From the NCBI GenBank assembly GCA_046704725.1, contig JBJKRI010000006.1:187482-251481 (forward strand): a stretch of DNA of 64,000 nucleotides, written 5' to 3'. The notes beneath the pieces were generated by a model, which saw only the letters and a list, made by a program, of their open reading frames with translations, made no database searches and had not been told where the DNA came from. This document shows, one piece after another, positions 54,738 through 63,229 of this stretch. Every line of letters begins with the position of its first letter. Within the stretch, counting starts at the first letter, position 1. The stretch is from Candidatus Woesearchaeota archaeon (GTDB lineage Archaea > Nanobdellota > Nanobdellia > Woesearchaeales > SKIA01). The position numbers and the translations under genes were made by a program.

Positions 54738-56271
54738 TACGCGGCAAACGGCCTGATGTCGTCCGCCAATCCATGGGATCGTGCTGCATCATGTCCGAAG
54801 CGTTCGCCTCTGTGATGACAATGGTGAGCACAGTATCATCCACCTGCAGCGGGTAGTCCTTTCCGTACGCCGCGCGCTGCGCCGCGTTGCCTCCCAGCAA
54901 TCCTGCGTGCCGGTAGAAATAGGTATCGAGGACATGGAGCCTCCCCTTGAGACGTCGCACGCCCTCGGTATTCAGGCTATTGCTCTCCGGGTACTCGATG
55001 TACGCCAGAGCATCCATGACCTTTGAGGAGATCATGCTCGGCGTGACGATGTCCGCGTGGTATGCGCCGAGATGGGCGAGCTCCGCGAAAGCGGCCTGAT
55101 TCGTGATCACGGACAGGTCAATGACGGATTGTGCGGTCAATGCGAGCTGTGGCTCACCGATCTCTTTCCGCTGCGCGGACGTCGCGGCCCTGCGGACCGC
55201 ATTCGACAATTCGTGGATGCCGACATTGTTCTTGTAATATTGATCCTGACGTCCAGAACCCAATATGAGCTGTATTCCGTACTTCGGCAGCTCTCGCTCG
55301 GCCAGGTCGTGCTCGTCCTTATACTCTGATGCGAGGATCGTGTACTCTGTGGGCGGCGGCAGTTCTGACGCTTCCCATAGCTCCCGCAGACCCAATGCAC
55401 GCTCCTGCATGATCTCGGGGTCCAGATGACGGACAAGATCGTTCACGACCTCACCCAGATGATGCCTTTGGCGCGGGTAGATGTCGTTCGTCTGCTCTGT
55501 GCGCTCGGTCGCCTTGATCTCCATCACCCCGAAGAGCTCTAACGGACTGAGAGACACATGATTGAGCTGGCTCGGCTTCACGAGGTTCGCCATGTAGCGC
55601 AGATAGCTCGGGACGCGCCTCTCCTCGGTTCCTCTTCGAGTCCTCACGCGGACAGTCTCGAAACCCGCCTGCCGCCGGTCGTCGCTGAGGTGGTTGATCA
55701 TCCGGAAGACGCGGTGGTTGAAATTGTTCAGGCTGTCGGGGCCGTATCCACGCAGGTGGGGCGCGATATCGCCGATGGAGCGCCGAGCCTCCTCCTGCAA
55801 TCGATCCAGGACCCGATCGCGCTTCGCGATGGACTGTACGGCTGTCGGCTCGACACCGAGGCCCCCCATCGCCCGCAGATATACCTTGATGTCCTGCTTG
55901 GCGAGCTCCTCGACGTCGTCATGACGCACGTTCGCCACGCTCTTAGCGATCTCGAAAGCGAACTCGTCGTCTGTTAGGTCATCGAGCGAGCGTCGTTGAT
56001 GGTGAAGCGTTTCCATCAATCGACGGACACGAATCACTTCAGAGCGCAACGTGTGCACAGGATAACCGAGGAGGGACGTCTTGCGCATCACGTGCTGCAA
56101 GTAGGCGTGGTGCCGCTCGATATGCCATGCGCCCAACCGCGCACGGCCAGGGTCTCGCTGGAAAGCGACCTTCCAGAACTCCATCAGGGGCGCAGATTCA
56201 TCTCTCTCGATGTAATAGGAACGGAGCATGCTGTCGAAGCGCTCCAACCAGGGTCTCCAATCGCTCCCCAT
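54718..56271 (-). CDS. Large hypothetical protein (orphan)
   Basis: 517-aa ORF with its own TTTTTATA box; no motif recognised. Confidence 0.65.
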   Translation of the reverse strand: MGSDWRPWLERFDSMLRSYYIERDESAPLMEFWKVAFQRDPGRARLGAWHIERHHAYLQHVMRKTSLLGYPVHTLRSEVIRVRRLMETLHHQRRSLDDLTDDEFAFEIAKSVANVRHDDVEELAKQDIKVYLRAMGGLGVEPTAVQSIAKRDRVLDRLQEEARRSIGDIAPHLRGYGPDSLNNFNHRVFRMINHLSDDRRQAGFETVRVRTRRGTEERRVPSYLRYMANLVKPSQLNHVSLSPLELFGVMEIKATERTEQTNDIYPRQRHHLGEVVNDLVRHLDPEIMQERALGLRELWEASELPPPTEYTILASEYKDEHDLAERELPKYGIQLILGSGRQDQYYKNNVGIHELSNAVRRAATSAQRKEIGEPQLALTAQSVIDLSVITNQAAFAELAHLGAYHADIVTPSMISSKVMDALAYIEYPESNSLNTEGVRRLKGRLHVLDTYFYRHAGLLGGNAAQRAAYGKDYPLQVDDTVLTIVITEANASDMMQHDPMDWRTTSGRLPRITDAAR

Positions 56272-56319
56272 AGAGCAGAGAGGCTCTCGGACTATAAAAA
56301 GACTCTCTAAAATACTTAC

Positions 56320-56775
56320 TTAGGAGTGAGTATATACCTTCCAAACGGCGTCTCCGACGTGATGCAGGCTCCGGACGGCCTTCCCGGAACCCATATCACG
56401 CATCTTTGCCGCGGAAAAAAGCATCTCACCCACGGCCAGAGGCTTTCCGTGCGTAGCATCCACGACCTGCACGAGCGCGCCCTTCTCCGTGTCGGGAATC
56501 TCCGTGATACCCGGGCGCATGACGTCGGCGCCCTGGGCGACGTGCGGGACAGCGCCCATATCCACGACGAGGCGCGGCAACAGGTCCGGCCGCTCCAAGA
56601 GGAGCGGAATAGCGGGGATCCAACGGCCATCGTTCTTCACGAACCAGAGCGTGCCGTCCACGAGGATGGCGTCGTCGGCCATCTGGATGTCACGCTTGGG
56701 ATCGAGATCGACGGGAAGCTCCGCCGACAATCGCTTACTGTCGGACTTCCGCAGTCGTCGCAAGGACAATATCAC
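56320..56775 (-). CDS. PUA-domain RNA-binding protein (Tma20/MCT-1-like)
   Basis: VVDMGAVPHVAQGADVMRPGI, KPLAVG, HHVGD. Confidence 0.88.
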   Translation of the reverse strand: MILSLRRLRKSDSKRLSAELPVDLDPKRDIQMADDAILVDGTLWFVKNDGRWIPAIPLLLERPDLLPRLVVDMGAVPHVAQGADVMRPGITEIPDTEKGALVQVVDATHGKPLAVGEMLFSAAKMRDMGSGKAVRSLHHVGDAVWKVYTHS

Positions 56776-57454
56776 GCACCTCCCGGATGTCGTCGACGAC
56801 GCGATCCACGTAGGGATAGAAGTTCTCCTTACGCATGGGAGGCAATCCCTGACGCTGCCAGATCGTGGTCATGCCGAGCTCGTGCGCGGTGGCGAGATCC
56901 ACCTCGGGATGGTCGCCGACCATGTAGCATTCCCCCGGATGCACGCCCAGCTCTTCTGCGACGCGCGTGAAGCAGCGCGGGTGGGGCTTGTTCGCCCCGA
57001 CATCGTCGCTGGTGAGGATGACGGAGAAGCACTCGGCGATGTGCAGGCGCCGGATACGCTCGCGCTTCCAGAACGGGTCGCCGTCGCTGTCGGTGAGCAC
57101 GGCGAGCTTGAAGGACTTCTCGAGCTCCTCGAGGAGCTCTCTTGTTCCCGGGAACAAGCGGACGCGCGCCAGGAGGAGATCCCAATAGCGATCGACGAAC
57201 GGCTCGACATCCACGTCGAAGACGCCGACGCGCGCGAGGGCCTCAGTGAACCATCGGTCCCTGCCGTAGTCGCGCGGCACGGAATGCTGCTGGAGATAGC
57301 CGACCTTCACATCATCGAACAGCATCTTGAAGCGAGCGGGATCGAAACCGAACTTCTGCGAGAGCTCGGCAGACATGACCTCCTCGACAGAATTCTCGAA
57401 CGGGAGCCACTCCTCAAGGGTGTTATCGAGATCGAAGACAATCGCCTTCTTCAC
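56735..57454 (-). CDS. HAD-superfamily hydrolase
   Basis: FDLDNTL, LTD, KPHP, MVGDHPEVD. Confidence 0.92.
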   Translation of the reverse strand: MKKAIVFDLDNTLEEWLPFENSVEEVMSAELSQKFGFDPARFKMLFDDVKVGYLQQHSVPRDYGRDRWFTEALARVGVFDVDVEPFVDRYWDLLLARVRLFPGTRELLEELEKSFKLAVLTDSDGDPFWKRERIRRLHIAECFSVILTSDDVGANKPHPRCFTRVAEELGVHPGECYMVGDHPEVDLATAHELGMTTIWQRQGLPPMRKENFYPYVDRVVDDIREVRDIVLATTAEVRQ

Positions 57455-57699
57455 AAGATATCCTCGATCGGCTTCTTGTCCTTGCGGACGATCGGCTTTT
57501 CGGGTTCCTCCTCCTCGAGGTCCACACCCAATCGCTTGAGCTCTTGGACGTGCATCTGGAGGAGCTGCTCGACGATACCTAGGATACGCACCAATTCCTG
57601 ACGCTCCTTGCTCAGCGTGGAGACGCTGCCCTTATGGAAACCAATCTGCTCTTCCTTGGACGCTTCTGGAGCGGGTTGCTCCGCTTTCTTCTCGGCCAT
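57451..57699 (-). CDS. Small hypothetical protein
   Basis: MAEKKAE...EQIGFHKGSVSTLSKERQEL; TTTAAAA upstream; GTGA overlap with the HAD gene. Confidence 0.7.
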   Translation of the reverse strand: MAEKKAEQPAPEASKEEQIGFHKGSVSTLSKERQELVRILGIVEQLLQMHVQELKRLGVDLEEEEPEKPIVRKDKKPIEDIL

Positions 57700-57775
57700 G
57701 GGTCGACAAAGGAAAGCCGGGCTTTTAAACATTGTGCGGCGATACGCAGATAAAGCACAAGACCGGCCCTCATCC

Positions 57776-58288
57776 GTGGCAAGCCTGCTCACCGAGACGA
57801 ACCTGCTCATCGAGGGGATAACGAACCTCCTGGTCCGACCGCTCCTCATTCTGTTCCTAGGAATCATCCTCGGGAAGATCCTGCAGAACCTCGTCCTGCG
57901 GCTCGGGAAAGCCACAGAACTGGACAGGCATAGCCGTCACCTGCTCGGGCAGACCGGACTGACGGAACTGATCGCCGGAGCGATCGCGGCCGTGGTCTAC
58001 ACGATAGCGGTCGTCTGGGCCCTCGTCGCAGCGCACATCGTGCGCGAAGCGGCGTTCATCGTGGCCGGGGCGTTGGCGATGATGGCCTTGTTCGCCATCG
58101 TCTTGTGGGTGGCGGACCTGTTCCCGAACCTGATTGCCGGTTGGCGGATGAAACGGCGTCCGAAGAACGGACGGACGTTCTCTGGAGCGGGAGTGAAAGG
58201 GACCGTCGAGCACGCAGGGCCATTGGCCGTACGGTTGCGCACAAAGGACGGCTTTCTCATCGTCATCCCGAACAAGGCGTTGCGCTAG
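57776..58288 (+). CDS. MscS-like membrane protein (TM helices plus truncated beta domain)
   Basis: Three TM segments, PNLIAG, GVKGTVEHAG..VRLRTKDG..IVIPN. Confidence 0.7.
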   Translation: MASLLTETNLLIEGITNLLVRPLLILFLGIILGKILQNLVLRLGKATELDRHSRHLLGQTGLTELIAGAIAAVVYTIAVVWALVAAHIVREAAFIVAGALAMMALFAIVLWVADLFPNLIAGWRMKRRPKNGRTFSGAGVKGTVEHAGPLAVRLRTKDGFLIVIPNKALR

Positions 58289-58530
58289 AGCATCTCGAGC
58301 AGCGCGGAGAGGTTCCACAACTGCGTGCGCACGTAGTTCGGCAGGCCGGGATTCTCGTCGAGATCCTCGAGGATGCCGCGCATGCGGTCCACGCGCAATT
58401 CGAGCGCGATAGGCTCGTCGAGCGTGGTGCGCATCTCCTGCAGCCGGTCGCGCACGGTGCGCGGCGTCTCGTCATCGTCCTGCAGTTCGGCGAGGGTCTC
58501 ACGGATGGCTGTGATCGCTTCCGGCTCCAT
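58285..58530 (-). CDS. UPF0147-family protein
   Basis: DDETPRTVR...NPGLPNYVRTQLWNL pattern. Confidence 0.8.
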   Translation of the reverse strand: MEPEAITAIRETLAELQDDDETPRTVRDRLQEMRTTLDEPIALELRVDRMRGILEDLDENPGLPNYVRTQLWNLSALLEML

Positions 58531-58843
58531 GCTTCATGTCCTCCATCGCTTTGTCCTGCAGGCGCTTGGCCTTCTCGCGCAAGCGCCCCTCTTGCTTGTC
58601 GAGCGCGGCGATGCGCTCGGAGACGCGTGACTTCTGGGAATCCAGGTCAGTTTTCAAGTCCTTCGCATGGGTCTTGACCATGATGTTGCCGACCATGCGA
58701 TAGGCGTCCTCGCCGTCGCGGAGCTCCTCGATCGCGGACTCGAGCTCGATGAGCTGGGACTGCAGTCCCTGCTTCTGGACGAGCAATTGCTGGACGGCCT
58801 GCTCGATGAGCTGCAATTGCCTGACGGTGTCCTCGGCAGTCAT
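58499..58843 (-). CDS. pfdB: Prefoldin beta subunit
   Basis: Coiled coil - YRMVGNIMVK hairpin - coiled coil; conserved operon context. Confidence 0.9.
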   Translation of the reverse strand: MTAEDTVRQLQLIEQAVQQLLVQKQGLQSQLIELESAIEELRDGEDAYRMVGNIMVKTHAKDLKTDLDSQKSRVSERIAALDKQEGRLREKAKRLQDKAMEDMKHGAGSDHSHP

Positions 58844-59052
58844 AGGTCGGCGGTCTTGTGCCAGACCGTGAGCAGTTTGGTGATAGCGTTGAGCAATGCG
58901 CGAAGGGCGACGGGGTCGTCGGCCTCGATGTCGAAGACCGTCTTGTCATCGGTCTGCGTGATGGTGTACGAGCCGCGGGGCATCTTCTTGTCCTCGGGCG
59001 CGAACAACTCGAGCAGACGCGGGTCTTTTTCCACGGTGATGGTCGCGTTCAT
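58840..59052 (-). CDS. pcc1: KEOPS complex subunit Pcc1
   Basis: IEADDPVALRALLN motif; located between rpoP and pfdB. Confidence 0.8.
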   Translation of the reverse strand: MNATITVEKDPRLLELFAPEDKKMPRGSYTITQTDDKTVFDIEADDPVALRALLNAITKLLTVWHKTADL

Positions 59053-59183
59053 CTCGCGAGGACGTGCGTCGGGCGGGTACGCGGCTTGAAAATCATCTTG
59101 GAACCGCAATAGGGGCAGCGGATCTTCTTGAGATAGGACGGATCGACGTCCTTTCGGCATTCGAAACAGCGGTAGGCGGCCAT
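59049..59183 (-). CDS. rpoP: RNA polymerase subunit P (Rpo12)
   Basis: YRCFEC...IRCPYCGSKMIFKPR. Confidence 0.93.
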   Translation of the reverse strand: MAAYRCFECRKDVDPSYLKKIRCPYCGSKMIFKPRTRPTHVLAR

Positions 59184-59431
59184 TATTCCTCGCTCCTGGC
59201 ACGCAAGACGGGAGGCTTGCCGACGGTGTAGGCCCTGCCGGCGAACTTCGCGCCGCACTTGCGGCACTGCCAGATACCCGCTGCGACGCGGGAGACCTGC
59301 GTGTAGCCGCACTTGGGGCAGGGATAGTCCTTTCGGGCCTGCGATTCGAGCAAGGCGACCTTGTCGCGGTTGCGACGGCCGTACCGGCTGCCGAAACGCT
59401 TGCCAGAAGCCACCTCCTTGTTGCGCGCCAT
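59183..59431 (-). CDS. rpl37ae: 50S ribosomal protein L37ae (eL43)
   Basis: RFGSRYG, CPKC, GIWQCRKC, FAGRAY. Confidence 0.95.
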   Translation of the reverse strand: MARNKEVASGKRFGSRYGRRNRDKVALLESQARKDYPCPKCGYTQVSRVAAGIWQCRKCGAKFAGRAYTVGKPPVLRARSEE

Positions 59432-59465
59432 ATGCTCGGGAGCGATGGTCGCCTTATAAAGGTTT

Positions 59466-59601
59466 GGGACTATGGCGGGCCACCACAGCCTCCGCTACGG
59501 CCTTCTTGGCGCCTGTGCCACCGTAGATGCTTGGGGGAGCACGATCTGCGTGCCACGGATCGCGTCAAGAGGCATACAAACCCGCTCCGAGATGGAGTCC
59601 C
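59466..59601 (+). ncRNA. Candidate structured RNA of about 135 nt, family unknown
   Basis: Nested GGGACT/AGTCCC, GCGGG/CCCGC, GCCTC/GAGGC, CTACGG/CCGTAG, CGATCTG/CGGATCG; G-U wobbles favour the + strand. Confidence 0.4.
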
Positions 59602-59701
59602 TCCGTACACCGCTCGGATAGTCGCGCCAACAATATTTTCTATATAGACATAATACTGTTTCAGAAGAACATATAAGTACTATTTAGGAGTAACATCTTC
59701 T

Positions 59702-60295
59702 GTGGACGAACGACAAAGCATCGACTCCATCGTGGAAGAGCCAGCGCATCGGACGCTGCGAGAACGAGCGAAGGACTACTCGAGCACATGGAAAGAGTAC
59801 TTCCGGACGCTAGCGCCCGCCATCGCCATCTCCTCAGTAGGCTCGGCGATCGGGCAGGCCGTGGCGACGCATCTCGGGGCGGACAGCATCACGGCGAACA
59901 CGCTCGCCGCATACGTATGCGGATACATCCCCGGCTACACGTACTATTTCCGCCAAGAGTACAAGAATCACCGAGAGCGATATCCGAACGGAATCAAAAG
60001 CAAGGAATTCGCAACATACGTCGGAACATTCTTCGCAGCGGACTGGGTCAGCGACATATTGACATTCACGCCCACATTCATCGGAACCAACCTGCTGCTG
60101 ATGCGACACACGAACGTATCACCGTTCATGAGAGGAATCATCGCATGGGACGGCGCCGCACTGCTCTATATCAGCAGCATGTCCGCCCTGCATCCATTCA
60201 CCCAACGACTCACAGACAGCGCAAATGCAGGAATACGCAGGCTCTACAGAGCCGTGAGAAACACGAACAGCGTTCCGCCGGCAGCCGGTTGCTAG
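59702..60295 (+). CDS. Hypothetical membrane protein
   Basis: 197-aa ORF with about four hydrophobic segments, TATAAG upstream. Confidence 0.65.
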   Translation: MDERQSIDSIVEEPAHRTLRERAKDYSSTWKEYFRTLAPAIAISSVGSAIGQAVATHLGADSITANTLAAYVCGYIPGYTYYFRQEYKNHRERYPNGIKSKEFATYVGTFFAADWVSDILTFTPTFIGTNLLLMRHTNVSPFMRGIIAWDGAALLYISSMSALHPFTQRLTDSANAGIRRLYRAVRNTNSVPPAAGC

Positions 60296-60372
60296 ACATT
60301 CTCCAAGGGCACAGAAGCCTTCGCGCGCGATCGAGCCGAACACTTATAAACGAGTTCTACAACCTCCATACA

Positions 60373-60936
60373 GTGACAACGGACTTGTTCGATCCGTCCC
60401 AGAAGGACAGCATCGTGCGACGCACACTAGAGAAGACCGCGCGCATAGACCTCGCGCAGATCGATATAGACACGTTCGACTTCGATGACACCTATCTCGT
60501 GAGGCGATACCGGTTCCCGAACAAGCAGTACATGCAGAACATCGAAAGAGCAGTCGGACCCATCGTCCATCGGATGACCAACATGGATTTTCCGCGACGC
60601 GTGCACGAACCCATTTTCGAAGCGATCAAGAACGCACACGAACATGGGAACAAGAGAGACCCGAAAAAATACGTGACCATTGGGATAACCGCGGAAGACC
60701 CGGAGATCCGCATAGCGATCGCTGACCAGGGAGGAATCATCAATGCGGACTTCCAGTCGTACGTCCTGTCAGTCCGCGAGGGAAAGACGATCAACTACTA
60801 CGAATTCTCCGGAAGACTCCCCAGACAAGAGAACAAGGGGACAGGGATCAATTTCATGCACACACTCTCCGATCGAGTCGAGTACCTCAAGGGAGCCGAC
60901 AACGGACTGGTCGTGCAGCTCACGTTCGTCCGTTGA
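60373..60936 (+). CDS. GHKL ATP-binding protein, RsbW/SpoIIAB-like
   Basis: N box EAIKNAHEHGN, G1 IADQGG, G2 GTG; TTATAAA 23 bp upstream of GTG. Confidence 0.8.
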   Translation: MTTDLFDPSQKDSIVRRTLEKTARIDLAQIDIDTFDFDDTYLVRRYRFPNKQYMQNIERAVGPIVHRMTNMDFPRRVHEPIFEAIKNAHEHGNKRDPKKYVTIGITAEDPEIRIAIADQGGIINADFQSYVLSVREGKTINYYEFSGRLPRQENKGTGINFMHTLSDRVEYLKGADNGLVVQLTFVR

Positions 60937-60937
60937 A

Positions 60938-61010
60938 TGGGGCTACTGGAATTCGAATCCAGATCAGAGCGTCCCAAACGCCCTATGCTACCAGGTTACA
61001 CCATAGCCCC
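60938..61010 (-). tRNA. tRNA-Pro(TGG)
   Basis: Minus strand GGGGCTA...TAGCCCC-A, anticodon arm GGGCG-TTTGGGA-CGCTC, T-arm CTGGA-TTCGAAT-TCCAG. Confidence 0.9.
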
Positions 61011-61048
61011 GATACGAGAGAGACACGGAGCTCCCTTAAAAAAGCTGC

Positions 61049-61636
61049 TCAGTGGAAAACGCAATTCTCCTTGCCCATGACAGTGCGCACGAGCGAACGG
61101 ATATCGCCCTCGGCGCTGAGCGGATACAAGAGATGCATCGTCTCGTGCAAGAGGACCTCCGTGCGCTCGACCGGGTCGAGGCCCTCCAAGAGGCGTATCT
61201 CGCCCGTGGCGAGGTTGGCCGTGCCGAGGACATGCATGCCCATCTCGTCAGAGGTGGCCGATCGGATGCGTGCCCACGGCGGGACATGGACGTAGAAGAC
61301 GCCGCGGCGCGGGACGCGATACTCGTGCCTGACCTGATAGTCGGGCGAGCGGATGACGTAGGTGACGGTACGATGCTCGTGCGGGGAATGATACGTGACC
61401 ACGGCCTCGTCGAAACGCCCATAGCCCACAGCGATACCAGCAGGACGATCCTTCGCGGGGCCGATGACAGCGGCGTGCACGACATCGTTTGAAAGCACGT
61501 CAGACAATTTCTTCGGCGAGCGAGGGACAGGAGCGGCAGGAGCATGCGGCTGCCATCCGGGATGGCATTCCGAGAGCTGCTTGATGAGATAGGTGATACG
61601 CGCCGCGTTCACCGCCGACAAGACCTCCTCGAGCAC
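61049..61636 (-). CDS. Hypothetical protein with HExxH zincin motif (ImmA/IrrE-like C-terminus)
   Basis: GEIRLLEGLDPVERTEVLLHETMH...E; start uncertain. Confidence 0.6.
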   Translation of the reverse strand: MLEEVLSAVNAARITYLIKQLSECHPGWQPHAPAAPVPRSPKKLSDVLSNDVVHAAVIGPAKDRPAGIAVGYGRFDEAVVTYHSPHEHRTVTYVIRSPDYQVRHEYRVPRRGVFYVHVPPWARIRSATSDEMGMHVLGTANLATGEIRLLEGLDPVERTEVLLHETMHLLYPLSAEGDIRSLVRTVMGKENCVFH

Positions 61637-61660
61637 GAAAATGCGAAGCAGAGGAAGTAT

Positions 61661-63229
61661 TTAGTCCTCTCGGCGCACGACCTTCTCCGCGATGGAGGCG
61701 AAGGCGGGGCGCGTGATGAACACGCCGACCGACACGCCGAGCACGGTGGTGACCGCGAAACCACGCAACAGGCCGGCGCCGGCAGAATAGAGCGGGATCA
61801 TGGCCGCGAGCAAAGTGAAGAACGACGCGAAGATGATGAAGAAGGCTTTTTTCATGCGCTGGCGCCACGTTCCGCGCGCCGAGCCGCCGTGCTTGACCTC
61901 GTCCACGATGACGATCTGGTCGTCGACACCAGTACCGATAGCGACGAGGATGCCCGCGATGGCCGCGAGGTCGAGGTTCCACGCGATGAGCGCAGCGACA
62001 CCGAGCACGATGACCAGCTCGGAGAGCATGGTCACGATCATGGGGATGCTGATGCGCCAGTCATGATAGCGCGAGGTGACGACGATGACGACCGCGATGA
62101 TGGCGACAAGACCCACAAGCCAGATGTTCTGGATGAACGAGCTGCCCAGGGACGGGCTGATTGTGTCGGTCTGCACCATCTGGAGCTTGACGGGCAGGCT
62201 GCCCGTGGCGAGGATGGTCTGCAGCTTCTTCATGTCGGCTTGCGCCGCGAGAGCGGCGTCCTGCTGCGTCGGGCCCTGACCGGAGCCCTGGATCTGGATC
62301 TGGGTCTCAGCGCGGCCCTTCAACGAGGAGGATATCTGCAGGGTGGACACGTTGCTGCCGTCCAAGAAGAGCCGGATGGGCAAGGAAAGATAACTGCCGC
62401 CCTGGCCGGGGACGACGGTGAGATTCTTGGTCGCGTCCGCCTGGCGCTGCGCCGCGGCGGGCGACAAGGTGATGACGAAGTAGTACTGGCAGATGTAACC
62501 GGAGGTACCGCCCTGGTTGCACTGCTGGATGCCGCTGTCGGTCGCGGAACGGCCGACGTGCGTGATATCGTTACCGCCCGTGAAGACCGTCGTGTTGCCG
62601 ATCTTCGCCTCGAACTTGCCCTGGCTCGAGAGCAGGTCGACGATCTGCTGCTCGTTGACGCCGGCGACCTCGACGAGCACGTACTGGTTGCCCGAGAAGT
62701 CGCTCGTCTGCTGCACCGTCACGTCGGACAGGCCGAAGACGTTCAAGCGCTCCTGGATGTTCGCGAGCACAAGGTCCATCGTCTGCTTGTCGACAGGATG
62801 CTCGGGCCGCAGCAGGACGCGGGCGCCACCGGTGAGGTCGAGCCCCTCGCGGATGTTCGTGGTCGCAGGCTTGGTCACCCGTATGCCCAGCGGATTCTGC
62901 GGATTCGTGATGTTCGCGCTCACGTTGAGCACGTAGGAATTCTTGTTGGTGCGGACCTGGACCATGGTTCCCGGCTGCACGGAGTCCAACGCCTTCTGAT
63001 AATCAGCGATCGAATTGACCGGCAGGCCGTTGAGATCGAGGATGCGTTCGCGCATGACCGGCGGGGTCGTGGCCGTCGGGCCCTTCATGCCGGCGTCGGA
63101 CGCAGCGCTGTGGCTGTCGACGGCGACGATGGCCGCTCCGTCGTGGAAGGGGTGCGGGCTGATGAACAAAACGGCGAGCAGGATGGCGCCGATGAGCACC
63201 CAGATGCGGGGAGGGAGCTTGATCTTCAT
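61661..63229 (-). CDS. secD: Protein translocase subunit SecD
   Basis: GLDLTGG, RLNVFGL, GSLPV, ISPSLG, IGTGVDDQIVI, GFAVTT. Confidence 0.95.
   Translation of the reverse strand: MKIKLPPRIWVLIGAILLAVLFISPHPFHDGAAIVAVDSHSAASDAGMKGPTATTPPVMRERILDLNGLPVNSIADYQKALDSVQPGTMVQVRTNKNSYVLNVSANITNPQNPLGIRVTKPATTNIREGLDLTGGARVLLRPEHPVDKQTMDLVLANIQERLNVFGLSDVTVQQTSDFSGNQYVLVEVAGVNEQQIVDLLSSQGKFEAKIGNTTVFTGGNDITHVGRSATDSGIQQCNQGGTSGYICQYYFVITLSPAAAQRQADATKNLTVVPGQGGSYLSLPIRLFLDGSNVSTLQISSSLKGRAETQIQIQGSGQGPTQQDAALAAQADMKKLQTILATGSLPVKLQMVQTDTISPSLGSSFIQNIWLVGLVAIIAVVIVVTSRYHDWRISIPMIVTMLSELVIVLGVAALIAWNLDLAAIAGILVAIGTGVDDQIVIVDEVKHGGSARGTWRQRMKKAFFIIFASFFTLLAAMIPLYSAGAGLLRGFAVTTVLGVSVGVFITRPAFASIAEKVVRRED

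Noticed and set aside
59788-60372. 382-aa version of the GHKL ORF
   Set aside because: The upstream part overlaps the 59702-60295 membrane gene in another frame, and a TATA box at 60344-60350 supports a start at 60373.
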